Assembly: GCA_046725875.1 (NCBI GenBank)
Contig: JBKOZJ010000026.1
Location: 1-36,351, forward strand
DNA from: Actinomycetota bacterium
GTDB taxonomy: Bacteria; Actinomycetota; Actinomycetes; JAKEEW01
Direction of reading: 5' to 3'
Length of the DNA: 36,351 nucleotides
A program made the translations under genes and the position numbers. Of this stretch, positions 1 to 9,438 are shown one piece after another. The notes beneath the pieces are model-generated. The model was not told the origin of the DNA and ran no database searches. It saw nothing but the letters and a program-made list of their open reading frames with translations. Position 1 is the first letter of the stretch, and every line of letters begins with the position of its first letter.

Positions 1-371
1 TCGTCGACCCGGTGGACGTGGTCAGATACGTCGGGACGCCCGAGCCGAGCGCCACCTGGTAGTACCTGGCCGGGCACGACGCTAGGTGTGCCGTGTCCAC
101 GGGCGGGTCGTCAGCGGTCCCGCCGTCGGAACGACCAGGCAGGCCACGATCGCTGGCGAGGTCATGCCCACCGCGAGCATGACGGCGCTGACCACGAGCC
201 CGGCGTCCGCGACGGGTGTCCGGCGCGGTCGGGCAGCGGCCGCCACCGCCACCGAGTCCACGGCGGGACCTGCCTCATCAGGGCCGCCAGCCGAGCGTCG
301 TAGGGCAGCCACGAGCGAGTCTCCCCATCAGTGCTTGATCTACAGAGGTGACCATCACTCCACGGTCTCCC

Positions 372-479
372 ACGGACGTCCACGACGTGCCCGCGGCCGG
401 GCAACGCCTGCACGCCGAAGACGGCGATCGAGTGGACGGCTCCACACCATGGGCAGATTGCCGTGAACCGTCCAGCCAT
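372..479 (-). pseudogene. Degenerate small CPWCG zinc-ribbon-like ORF segment, paralogue of 1187..1354
   Basis: Translation MAGRFTAICPWCGAVHSIAVFGVQALPGRGHVVDVR aligns with the 1187..1354 product. The third Cys is replaced by Arg, and the start and end are unclear. Confidence 0.3.
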
Positions 480-520
480 GCTGGAGGCGATGACGCCTGG
501 GGCCTCCTCGCCACAGCGCA

Positions 521-715
521 CTAGCCGCCGAACTGTCCGCCCAGACCGCCGAGCTTGCCGAGCAGATCCTTCGGGTCGATGCCGAACTTCTCGAGGAGGC
601 CCGCGTCTCTGTCGGTGTCGATCTGCTCAGGGAGTTCCTGCTGTGCCTGGTCCGCCTTCTGCTGGTCGCCGCGCGAGCGCAGCATCTCCATCACCGTGTT
701 CTTGTCTATCTGCAC
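521..715 (-). CDS. Small conserved actinobacterial hypothetical protein (64 aa)
   Basis: GTG start at 715 with AAGGAG RBS. Product MQIDKNTVMEMLRSRGDQQKADQAQQELPEQIDTDRDAGLLEKFGIDPKDLLGKLGG..., with typical GC3-rich codons. Confidence 0.75.
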   Translation of the reverse strand: MQIDKNTVMEMLRSRGDQQKADQAQQELPEQIDTDRDAGLLEKFGIDPKDLLGKLGGLGGQFGG

Positions 716-1186
716 CTCAGGCTCCTTCCGGGTCCATGACCGGGCTGTCACGGTGACCCCCGTGCCCAGACGCTGGCCTTTGATGCGCGGATCGGAGCAT
801 GTAGCGATGCGGTTACGGTCCCGGGGGGAGGTGGACGACCGGGACGCCGTGATCAGTGCCAGGTTTCAGAGTGCCGCCGTGCCCTGGATTTCCTTGGCGA
901 GCCGGTGCTTGATGCGTAGCAGCTCATCGGCCGGGCTGTGGGCTGGCTCGGGTTCGTCCTCTGGCCGGGCTGGCAATGGGGCGGTGGGTGCCATTCGACA
1001 CCGTGCAGCGGCTACATGACATCGACTAAAGCAAGATCAAGCCACGCTGGTGGGTCCGCCACGGGAGCGGGGGGTCGAGCGGGATGCGATGCCGACAGGT
1101 GCCTGATGTATCTGCTGGGGTATCGCCGGGAAGACGCAGCCGACAGTCGAACGGATAGCCGACCCGATCGTCGCTCGCGCACGGCG

Positions 1187-1354
1187 CTAGATGGGCGCGG
1201 CAAATCGCCGGACAGCGACAGCGTGGCCACAGCCCGCCAACACCTGCATGCCAGATCGGACGACCTTACTGACGGTCCCGCACCACGGGCAGCGGACGGC
1301 GGAACTCCTACCCCTGGGACCGAAGGCGAGGACTATATGGGTTATGTCGTTCAT
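1187..1354 (-). CDS. Small putative zinc-ribbon protein (CPWCG...CGH), 55 aa
   Basis: ATG at 1354 preceded by GGAAGGAG. CxxC plus CGH would give a C3H metal site. Confidence 0.5.
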   Translation of the reverse strand: MNDITHIVLAFGPRGRSSAVRCPWCGTVSKVVRSGMQVLAGCGHAVAVRRFAAPI

Positions 1355-1639
1355 CGCTCGCTCCTTCCCGTGCTCCAGAGTCAGGTACGTCGTGCCCAAA
1401 CCCGTCCGATCGATGCGTAGGACGCCAGAACGACCCGGGGTGTTAGCGGTCGGGGATGCGCTCGTCCATGCCGTGAGGATAGCCGCGAAGCGAGATAGCG
1501 CGGCCCGGTGCAGGTAGCCCGCCCGCTATCCCGCCCTGGCCACGAAGCCGGCGTCCTACCTCATATCCCCGAAGGCAAACCTGCACATGACGGACCCCGC
1601 GAGCGTCCCGATATGGACTGCGGCGCGGCACGAGACGCA

Positions 1640-1676
1640 CGACCCCCCGGCCTTTTCTCGGTCAGCCGAGGGGTCG
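1640..1676 (-). terminator. GC-rich hairpin, probable intrinsic terminator
   Basis: Inverted repeat CGACCCCCCGGC (1640-1651) / GCCGAGGGGTCG (1665-1676), lying just downstream of the 1694..1975 minus-strand ORF. Confidence 0.5.
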
Positions 1677-1693
1677 TTCTCTGTACGAATTGG

Positions 1694-1975
1694 CTACGGT
1701 GTGTCTTGCGCTTCCGGGAAGTCGGGATAGGCGGGATAGGTGTCATCCCAGCCAAGTTCGTGGCGTAGGAGCTGCCCGAACCGCACCCAATCAACCGCCC
1801 GCATAACCGGACCCTCACTGGCCGCTGGGAACCGCTTGGCCAGCCAGTCGCCGATCGGCGTGTCAGCCTCGGCCGCCGGCATGGACGCCGCGGTCATCAA
1901 CGGCAGGATGTCGATGTCTCGCGCCGCTGCCGCCTCGAACATCGGGCCCAGCCACTCTTCGGTTTCTGGTCTCAT
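1694..1975 (-). CDS. Hypothetical protein (93 aa)
   Basis: MRPETEEWLGPMFEAAAARDIDILPLM...; the ATG overlaps the TGA of the upstream frame (ATGA coupling) and a hairpin follows. Confidence 0.5.
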   Translation of the reverse strand: MRPETEEWLGPMFEAAAARDIDILPLMTAASMPAAEADTPIGDWLAKRFPAASEGPVMRAVDWVRFGQLLRHELGWDDTYPAYPDFPEAQDTP

Positions 1976-2222
1976 GGCTGGCCATCCTTCGACGCGTACG
2001 CCGCCGCCTTTGCGAAGATGATCTGCTTGTCCCACTCTGCGGCGACGACCTCGAGGAGCACCCGCCGCCGACGCGCCCAGAACTCATCCGACTCCATCAT
2101 CTCCGTGGACGCCTTGGCTGCGTTCGATACCGCCGATGCGACCTCGGCGAGATCGCCGACCGCAGCCGGGATCTCCCGGTCGTTGATGGCTTCGTACTCG
2201 CGAGCGCCGCAGGATCGGTCAC
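1972..2222 (-). pseudogene. Frameshifted hypothetical gene
   Basis: GAGGGGAG RBS + GTG (MTDPAAL...) shifts by one base near 2200 into EYEAINDREIPAAVGDLAEVASAVSNAAKASTEMMESDEFWARRRRVLLEVVAAEWDKQIIFAKAAAYASKDGQP*, whose TGA overlaps the next ATG. Confidence 0.4.
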
Positions 2223-2328
2223 GATCTCCCCTCGTCGATGTCGTTGAGCTTGTCGCTTAGCGACCGATGCAAGCGGCGCGCGTCCGCTTGCGGTATCCAC
2301 CAAGTGGCCTGAGTGGTGCCGCCAAACA

Positions 2329-2734
2329 CCGGTCGAGACGATCCCGTTGTCGATCTTCAAGCTCGACTACGCCGAGTCGGTCGATGGTCTGGACCTTGAT
2401 CTCGCCCGCCGGGGCATCAAGGTCGTTATCGATGACATCGGTCGCCGAGCCATCACCCGGGAGGACGCAAGAGAGCTGCTCGCCGAGCGAGCGACGGCTG
2501 AGGCTAGGCACCGCGACCTGGAGGCCCAGCGGACAGCGGAGGCTGCGGCGAACGACCGTTACCCGGTGCCGGTCGGGGGCGCCGGCGATCCCGGGAACAA
2601 GCGCGCTCGAAAGCATGCTCGCCGCTTACCTGCCCGACCAGCGGCGGCGGCGAAAGAGCGTGCTGGAGACGGCGCTCGAGCGCGGCGGAATGGAGTACAC
2701 GCCGATCCACGAGCCGGTCGGGGATGAGCAATGA
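2329..2734 (+). pseudogene. Frameshifted hypothetical gene, resembling actinobacterial island/prophage-remnant proteins
   Basis: PVETIPLSIFKLD...VVIDDIGRRAITREDARELL...YPVPVG continues as APAIPGTSALESMLAA...KSVLETALERGGMEYTPIH* if one G is removed from the G5 run at 2575-2579. The TGA overlaps the ATG at 2731. Confidence 0.5.
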
Positions 2735-3102
2735 CCACGCTGCCGAAGCCAATGGCGTTCGACGGCGCCGTCACCGTCGACCTGCGAACGCGGGAGCTTG
2801 TTGTTAAACCGGCCCAGTCCGTCCGCGCTTATGCCAAGTACCTGTGGTCGCAGGGGCATCGGACGATGCTCGACGACCATCACACCAGGCGGATCTATGG
2901 GCATCCGACCGTGTGGGCTCATGGCAACGGCCAGCAGCTCGGCTATGGTCCGCCGGACGACGCTGGCGGGCTGCGGTTCCGCTTCTACCCCGGCGACCCG
3001 AACTACAAGGCGCTGGTCAGCACACCGGGTCTCCACGCGACGATCGTCGTCGACCGTGCGACCAGCCATATCCTTCGCGGTCGCGGGGTCCGCTCAAGGT
3101 GA
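2731..3102 (+). CDS. Hypothetical protein (123 aa)
   Basis: ATGA overlap upstream and GTGA overlap downstream, with coding-like codon use. Confidence 0.5.
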   Translation: MTTLPKPMAFDGAVTVDLRTRELVVKPAQSVRAYAKYLWSQGHRTMLDDHHTRRIYGHPTVWAHGNGQQLGYGPPDDAGGLRFRFYPGDPNYKALVSTPGLHATIVVDRATSHILRGRGVRSR

Positions 3103-3365
3103 CTCAGGCGCTCTCGCTGACGGCTGGCTCAGAGCAAGCCAACGACGAGGGAGGCGATATCGAGCGCGACGACGAGCCAGCCGATGACCGCCCAGGACGA
3201 GTCTCGTCGAGGAACCAGCTCGCACGAGCGATCGCAGGCGCGGCAACGTCCGGCCTGACCAAGGACGAGATCATCGACCTGACCGGTTACCCCGCGGACC
3301 TAGTGCTGCGGATATGCCGTGACGCCAGGATCTCTCCACTGATGGCCGATCCTCCGATGCGCTGA
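3099..3365 (+). CDS. Small hypothetical protein with possible C-terminal HTH
   Basis: GTG overlaps the previous TGA. C-terminal GLTKDEIIDLTGYPADLVLRIC resembles a helix-turn-helix. Confidence 0.4.
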   Translation: MTQALSLTAGSEQANDEGGDIERDDEPADDRPGRVSSRNQLARAIAGAATSGLTKDEIIDLTGYPADLVLRICRDARISPLMADPPMR

Positions 3366-4081
3366 GGCGGTGAGCGGAATGGCAGGCGGCACGATCGCGT
3401 GAAGCATCCTGGTCATCACTGGCGGTGTGGTCGGCGCTCTCTTCTTTCATGTGATCGTGCGCTCGGACACCTACGTAGACATCGTCACCGATCAACTTCA
3501 GCGGCGGCGTCCTGCACTGGACCTGGATCGTCGGCGCCTGGCCTCCTGGATGCGGGCGACATCCCTCCTCGGCGCGCGGCATGAGCGGATGTCGCTAGGC
3601 GTTCGCCGACCGCGCCCGGAACTCCTCAAGCCAAGTGGCAATCTGTGCGTCATCGTGCAGATACGGCTTATCGGGGCCGTGCCGTAGATCGATTCCGTGG
3701 AGAATACCCAGCGCCCACCAGATGCCTGGATCCGCAACGAGAGGATCATCGGGCCGCGACCCATTGCGCTGCCCATCGATCGACTGCGTCACGACTGACC
3801 CGGCCAGCGAGGAGCTCAATGAACTGTCGCTCGACCTCGGCTCGAGAGGGGGGTGGCGGCGCACTCCTCATCCCGTCAGCATGCCGCGCGGGACTCTGAG
3901 CGGACACTCGACTCGGCAGAAGCGTGCGTGTCCGCTTCCCGGCAGATGGGAAAAAGCCATGGCGACATGAGCTCGCCGCCGCACCATAGCGACAGTCGTG
4001 GGGCCGACCCAGCGGTAAGGAAGCGTCGCCCGAGGCTGGATCTGGCCGCTTCGCCCCACCAGCGGCATGACAGTGCGTTTG

Positions 4082-4324
4082 TCAGTCGCGCGGGAAGCGT
4101 GGCAGCGGCAATCCGTCGAGGGTGTCATGGACGCATCCGAGCCAATCGCTCCACGCCGCTGGGTCGCTGGCTCGGGCCGGGTCGTTGGTGGGCTCAAGGC
4201 TCACAAGCATCTCTTGCAGCGAGACCGCGTCGGGATCGGGCTCCCGCTCCATGTACTGCCAAATGAGCCGGTAAGCAGCCTCGTAAGCCTGCGCTTGAGT
4301 CAGTTGCAGGTCCTCGTTCGCCAC
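4082..4324 (-). CDS. Small acidic hypothetical protein (80 aa)
   Basis: MANEDLQLTQAQAYEAAYRLIWQYMERE...SDPAAWSDWLGCV; compact helical composition and good codon bias. Confidence 0.6.
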   Translation of the reverse strand: MANEDLQLTQAQAYEAAYRLIWQYMEREPDPDAVSLQEMLVSLEPTNDPARASDPAAWSDWLGCVHDTLDGLPLPRFPRD

Positions 4325-4429
4325 GCAAGCAGGGGTAATCGTCCGGTGGCGACGATGTACCGCACATCGGCACTACCGGATCGCGGCAGACCCAGGCGTG
4401 GGGTGTGCGGCGCGACCTAGCCTGTCTGC

Positions 4430-5158
4430 ATGCGACGCTTCCACGACGAGGACCTCACCGGCGCAGAATTCCGCGAATGCGACCTGAGCAGAGCGCGGAT
4501 GGTCGGCGTCGTCATGCAGGACGCCGAGATCGACGGCCTGGTCACCAATCTCGTGGTCAACGGGGTCGAGGTGATGCCGTACGTCGAGGCGGAGCTCGAC
4601 CGCCGTCACCCGGTACGACTGCTGATCCGCTCAGATCAGCCGGACGACCTGCGAGAGGCCTGGCGGCAACTGCGGGACGCTTGGGCCACGACCACCGAGC
4701 GAGTTCGGTCCATGCCCCAGAACAGCGAACATCACGGCGTCGACGGCGAGTGGTCGATGGTCGAGACTTTGCGCCACCTCGTCTTCGTGCACGACTCCTG
4801 GTTCCGACGCTGCGTGCTCGGACTCACCGAGCCGTTCACGACCATGGGACTGGGTCCACCGTTCGTCATGGACCAGGAGCAGAACGAGCTCGACCCGTCC
4901 GCCCAACCGAGCCTCGACGAGGTGCTCGCCGTACGAGTCCGACAGGCTTCAGAGATCGAGACATGGCTGGCCGAGGTCACGCCTGATCAGCTCGCGCACA
5001 CCGCCCCGGTCCCGGACGACGACAGATGGCCCCCGTACGCCAGGGGGCGGACAGTGCGGCAATGCCTCGGCACCGTGCTCAACGAGGAATGGGCTCACCA
5101 CCGGTTCTGCAAGCGTGACCTGGACAAACTGTCGCGTCAGGATTCTGCGCACTCGTGA
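4430..5158 (+). CDS. DinB/YfiT-family protein with N-terminal pentapeptide-like repeats
   Basis: N-terminal DLTGAEFRECDLSRARM repeats. DinB-type motifs WSMVETLRHL and EEWAHH. Confidence 0.85.
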   Translation: MRRFHDEDLTGAEFRECDLSRARMVGVVMQDAEIDGLVTNLVVNGVEVMPYVEAELDRRHPVRLLIRSDQPDDLREAWRQLRDAWATTTERVRSMPQNSEHHGVDGEWSMVETLRHLVFVHDSWFRRCVLGLTEPFTTMGLGPPFVMDQEQNELDPSAQPSLDEVLAVRVRQASEIETWLAEVTPDQLAHTAPVPDDDRWPPYARGRTVRQCLGTVLNEEWAHHRFCKRDLDKLSRQDSAHS

Positions 5159-5306
5159 CGGGCAGGTCACGACTGGCGGCAGATCTGGGCGAGCGTAGCC
5201 GCCCTCCACGCGGCATGAGTGTGCTGTGGATTGTCGAATCGCGGTCCTACTGTTCGTGGAACAGATGGGCCGCGACGAAGGAAGCGGACCGGGAAGGAGT
5301 CATGCG

Positions 5307-5687
5307 ATGCCGCAGTACGTGCTGATTCTGGATGCCCACGCGATGGATGACTTCCCCGACGAGGACATGCCGGGCATTGACAAGGCCGCGCACGCCGTCA
5401 GCCAGGAGGCCATCGACGCTGGCGTGTGGGTGTGTGGCAGCGGACTGGAAGAACAGAGGGCAAGCGTGGTGGCCGCCGACGGGACGGTCACCGAGGGCCC
5501 ACGGGTGACCGTCGGTGGACTCACGGTGATCGAGGTGCCGTCACGCGAGGAGGCGCACAAGTGGGCTGCCAAGTGGGCAACCGCGTGCCGCTGCGACCAG
5601 GAAGTCTGGGAACTCGGGTACGACCCCAAGATCGACGCGATGCTCCGAGAGGCTGCAATCCTGAAAACCCGGCCCGACAAAGCCTGA
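5307..5687 (+). CDS. YciI-family protein
   Basis: AAGGAG RBS before ATG 5307. Motifs VAADGTVTEGP, GGLTVIEVPSREEAHKWAAK and ACRCDQEVWE. Confidence 0.85.
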   Translation: MPQYVLILDAHAMDDFPDEDMPGIDKAAHAVSQEAIDAGVWVCGSGLEEQRASVVAADGTVTEGPRVTVGGLTVIEVPSREEAHKWAAKWATACRCDQEVWELGYDPKIDAMLREAAILKTRPDKA

Positions 5688-5902
5688 GGCCGCCCCGGAG
5701 AGGATGTGTGCTCCCGTCGCATCGACCGCTCATCGGCAGATCCGTGCGTTGGGTCGCGTCGACTCCCACGAGAACCTAGGGTCGGACATTGGGTTGGTCC
5801 CTTCCGAGCTTTCGGGGTGACAGGGGATCTGCCAAGGGACCGCTTCACCGACACACCGGTGGAGCGGTCCCGCCATGTCGGGGGACCAGGTGCCAAGATC
5901 GG

Positions 5903-6008
5903 AGTCCGCAGAAAGTCCGCAAGACGTCCGTCTGGCGTCAACGGCAGCCAACGCGAGCAAACGCAGAAATCACAGGTCAGAGCACTGATCAGAAAGGTTC
6001 CCGCAGGT
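5903..6008. repeat. 11-bp-periodic direct repeats, possible integrase arm-type sites at an island end
   Basis: AGTCCGCA at 5903 and 5914 and GTCCG at 5926, followed by CAGGTCAG (5973) and CCCGCAGGT (about 6000). Confidence 0.35.
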
Positions 6009-9000
6009 GTTCTACGCGGACCTGCACATCCATTCCAAGTATTCGCGGGCCTGCAGCAAGGACGGTGACCTCGAGCACCTTGCCTGGTGGGCCCGGCGCA
6101 AGGGCGTCGCAGTCCTCGGCACCGGCGATTTCACGCATCCCGCCTGGTTCGACCACCTGCGTGACCTGCTCGAACCCGCCGAGCCTGGGCTCTTCCGGCT
6201 CCGTGCAGAGCTCGACCGGCAGGTGGTGCGAACGCTGCCGCCCAGCTGCCGCAGCAAGGTCCGCTTCATGCTGTCGGTCGAGATCTCGACGATTTACAAG
6301 CGCGACGAACGCACCCGAAAGGTGCACCACCTGGTCTACGTCCCGGACTTCGACACTGCGGCCGAGATCAACCGACGGCTGGCCAGGATCGGCAACCTGG
6401 GCTCGGACGGCCGGCCGATCCTCGGCCTCGACTCACGCGATCTCCTCGAGATAACGCTCGAGAGCGGCGCCGGCGCCTACCTGGTGCCCGCGCACGTCTG
6501 GACGCCATGGTTCGCGGTGCTCGGCTCGAAGTCCGGCTTCGACGCTGTCCACGAGTGCTACGCCGACCTGGCCGAGCACATCTTCGCGCTCGAGACCGGC
6601 CTATCCAGCGACCCGGCGATGAATTGGCGGGTCTCCGCGCTCGACAGATATCGCCTGGTCAGCAACTCTGATGCGCACTCACCGCCGATAATTGGCCGGG
6701 AGGCGACGGTCTTCGACACCAACGTCGATTACTTTGCGATCCGGCGCGCGCTCCAGACCGGTGCGGGGCTGGCGGGAACGATCGAATTCTTTCCCGAGGA
6801 GGGGAAGTACCACCTCGACGGCCACCGGAAGTGCAACCTCCGGCTCGAGCCGGCCGAGACCCGGGCCGCCGGAGGGCGCTGCCCGACCTGTGGTAAGCCG
6901 GTCACCGTGGGGGTTCTCCACCGGGTCGAGGAGCTCGCCGACCGCATACGTTGTGTACGGCCGACCGGCGCGGCGCCCTTCCGGGGCCTGGTCCAGCTGC
7001 CGCAGGTGATGGGCGAGATCTTGGGGGTGGGCTCGCGGAGCAAGAACGTGTACGGGGAAATAGCGGCGCTGACCGCCGCCCTTGGACCCGAGCTGTACAT
7101 CCTCGACACGATGCCCCTCGGCGAGATCGAGGTGCGGTCGCCGGTGCTCGCGGAGGCCGTCCGGCGGCTGCGCAGCGGCGAAGTGGCACGCGAAGCCGGC
7201 TATGACGGCGAGTACGGCATCATCCGCGTCTTTCAACCGGGCGAGCTCGACCACGAACGTGCTGGCACCACCGACGTACTTTTCCACGGACCGATTCCCA
7301 CACCACGCACCCTGCCCCGCCGCGATCCGACCCTTGATCGCCGGCAGGCGGGACCGAGAAATACGGGCATTCACCGTGGTCACCGGCAGGAAGGGTCGGA
7401 TTCTGACCCTGCCCAGCCGGTGGTCAGCGGAGAAGACGGGGGAAACCTGTCTGAGCTGGCGGTGATCACGGAGATCGGACCTGTTTCGGTAGAAGAGCCG
7501 ATAATCATGGGCTCAGAGCGGCTGGATCCGGAGCAGCGGGCGGCCGTCCAGGCCGCGCCCGGGCCGGTGCTGATTGTCGCCGGTCCTGGTACCGGAAAGA
7601 CGAGAACGCTGACCCACCGAATCGCGCATCACGTGCGCGCGGGCATCGTCGAACCGGAGCAGTGCCTGGCGATCACGTTCACCCGGAGGGCCGCGGCCGA
7701 GATGGCCGACCGCCTCGGCCGCCTACTGGCCGACGGTGCGTCACGGGCCACAGTGACAACCTTCCACGCGATCGGCCTACGCATCCTGAGGGAGCATCAC
7801 GATCGTCTAGGTCTTACCGCCGACTTTGGGATCGCGACCGAAGCCCAGAGGCTCGACATACTCACAGATTTCATCGGCGAGCGCCGGGCGGCGCGCACCG
7901 TACTTGCGGATCTGAGCGCTGCGCGGCGTGGCGGGGTTGGTTCGGATGGGTTTCATGAACGCTATGTCGGCGCGCTGCGCGAGCGTGACCTCGTCGATTT
8001 CGACGATCTCGTGGTCGAGCCGGTGGTGATGCTCGACGCCGACCCGACCCTCGTCGCAGACTATCGGCGGCGCTTCCAGTTAATCGCTGTCGACGAGTAT
8101 CAAGACGTCGACGTCACGCAGTACCGCCTGCTGCGGCATCTCGCACCGCGCGACGGAAACCTGACCGTCATCGGGGACCCGGACCAATCCATCTATCGCT
8201 TCCGCGGTGCAGACGTCGGTTTCTTCCTGAGCTTCAAGCAGGACTATCCGACGGCAACGGTTGTGGAGCTGAGCTGTAACTACCGTTCCACGGCTCCTAT
8301 CGTCGGCGGTGCCCTCCAGGCGATCGCGCCGGCGAGCCTGGTGCCTAACCGCCGTCTGACGCCTGCGCCCTCCGTGCACGGCGGCCATCGGGGGGAGACG
8401 AGCGGCACGGAACTGCCGGCGCCCATCGGTCTGCACCACGCCTCCGACGAGCATGCCGAGGGCTCCTTCGTGGCCCGCACGATCGATCAGCTTCTTGGCG
8501 GCTCGTCCTTCCACTCGCTTGACAGCGGCCGGGTCGACGGTTTCGGCAGTGATTCCTTGTCCCTCGCCGACATCGCGGTGCTTTACCGAACGGATGCACA
8601 GGCCACGCCCGTTATGGAAGGGCTCACCCGAGCCGGCATACCGTTTCAGAAGCGCTCTCACGACCGTCTCGCCGTGCGACCCGGCGTACAAGAAATCGTG
8701 CACGAGCTGAAGTACAGGACGGCTCGGGCGGACCAGGCAGAGTATGCCGGCGGCCTCAAGACGTCTCCGTCGTGGGCAGTCGAGGCGCTCTTTCCCGAAC
8801 CGCCTGCATTGGTCGCGGATCGCGTCAAGACCGCGGCCGCCGCCATCCTCGCTCGGAGGTCGACAACCAGGCTCCGGGCGCCCACCGCAGTGTCGAACAC
8901 CATCGCATCAGGGCTGCTGGAACCCAAGGTGCAACCATCTGCGCCGGAGGATGCCCATACACGAGAGGCCGAGATCCATACGGCGGTCGAGTTGCTGATG

Positions 9001-9438
9001 CCGCTCGCGATGCGCTGCGGCGACGACGTCGAGCGCTTCCTGGCGGAGCTGGCGCTCGGCGCCGAGGTCGACACCTGGGATCCGCGGGCGGACCTCGTCT
9101 CTCTGCTCACTCTGCATGCATCCAAGGGCCTGGAGTTCCCCGTGGTGTTCATCGTCGGCTGCGACGACGGTCTGCTGCCGCTGCGACCGGCGGGCGTGAC
9201 CGGGCGTCCGCTCACTGTCGACGAGATTGCCGAGGAGCGGCGGCTCTTCTTCGTCGGCATGACCCGCGCCCGTCGCCACCTCTTCCTCAGTCACGCGGCC
9301 GAGCGGACCCGGCGCGGCGCCACACATCCGGCCTCGCCCTCACCCTTCCTCGCAACCATCGCGACCGCGCTGATCGAACGGATCGGCGCCACGATGCCCC
9401 GTCCACGGCGGCAGGCGACCCAGCTCCGCCTCATGTGA
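6007..9438 (+). CDS. Endonuclease Q-family PHP nuclease fused to UvrD/PcrA superfamily-1 helicase (1143 aa)
   Basis: EndoQ motifs ADLHIHSKYS, GTGDFTHP, SVE, VHH, PAH, ETGLSSD, SNSDAHS and zinc finger GKYHLDGHRKC...CPTC, plus AGYDGEYG. Helicase motifs AGPGTGKT, TFTRRAA, DEYQD, GDPDQSIYRFRGA, NYRS, TLHASKGLEF and EERRLFFVGMTRA. Confidence 0.93.
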   Translation: MFYADLHIHSKYSRACSKDGDLEHLAWWARRKGVAVLGTGDFTHPAWFDHLRDLLEPAEPGLFRLRAELDRQVVRTLPPSCRSKVRFMLSVEISTIYKRDERTRKVHHLVYVPDFDTAAEINRRLARIGNLGSDGRPILGLDSRDLLEITLESGAGAYLVPAHVWTPWFAVLGSKSGFDAVHECYADLAEHIFALETGLSSDPAMNWRVSALDRYRLVSNSDAHSPPIIGREATVFDTNVDYFAIRRALQTGAGLAGTIEFFPEEGKYHLDGHRKCNLRLEPAETRAAGGRCPTCGKPVTVGVLHRVEELADRIRCVRPTGAAPFRGLVQLPQVMGEILGVGSRSKNVYGEIAALTAALGPELYILDTMPLGEIEVRSPVLAEAVRRLRSGEVAREAGYDGEYGIIRVFQPGELDHERAGTTDVLFHGPIPTPRTLPRRDPTLDRRQAGPRNTGIHRGHRQEGSDSDPAQPVVSGEDGGNLSELAVITEIGPVSVEEPIIMGSERLDPEQRAAVQAAPGPVLIVAGPGTGKTRTLTHRIAHHVRAGIVEPEQCLAITFTRRAAAEMADRLGRLLADGASRATVTTFHAIGLRILREHHDRLGLTADFGIATEAQRLDILTDFIGERRAARTVLADLSAARRGGVGSDGFHERYVGALRERDLVDFDDLVVEPVVMLDADPTLVADYRRRFQLIAVDEYQDVDVTQYRLLRHLAPRDGNLTVIGDPDQSIYRFRGADVGFFLSFKQDYPTATVVELSCNYRSTAPIVGGALQAIAPASLVPNRRLTPAPSVHGGHRGETSGTELPAPIGLHHASDEHAEGSFVARTIDQLLGGSSFHSLDSGRVDGFGSDSLSLADIAVLYRTDAQATPVMEGLTRAGIPFQKRSHDRLAVRPGVQEIVHELKYRTARADQAEYAGGLKTSPSWAVEALFPEPPALVADRVKTAAAAILARRSTTRLRAPTAVSNTIASGLLEPKVQPSAPEDAHTREAEIHTAVELLMPLAMRCGDDVERFLAELALGAEVDTWDPRADLVSLLTLHASKGLEFPVVFIVGCDDGLLPLRPAGVTGRPLTVDEIAEERRLFFVGMTRARRHLFLSHAAERTRRGATHPASPSPFLATIATALIERIGATMPRPRRQATQLRLM

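Larger units (their letters stand above)
372..3365. mobile_element. Probable decayed prophage/satellite/integrative-element remnant (no integrase in window)
   Basis: Dense short orphan ORFs, ATGA/GTGA-coupled mini-operons, two frameshifted genes and a duplicated zinc-ribbon ORF. No hallmark gene is present, so this is inference. Confidence 0.3.

Noticed and set aside
1..330. Minus-strand gene running off the left edge
   Set aside because: The hydrophobic segment and the open frame lie in different frames, and there is too little sequence to call.
3370..4080. Several short overlapping ORFs (e.g. 3595..3864 minus)
   Set aside because: No convincing start, RBS or family motif. They may be gene debris but cannot be supported.
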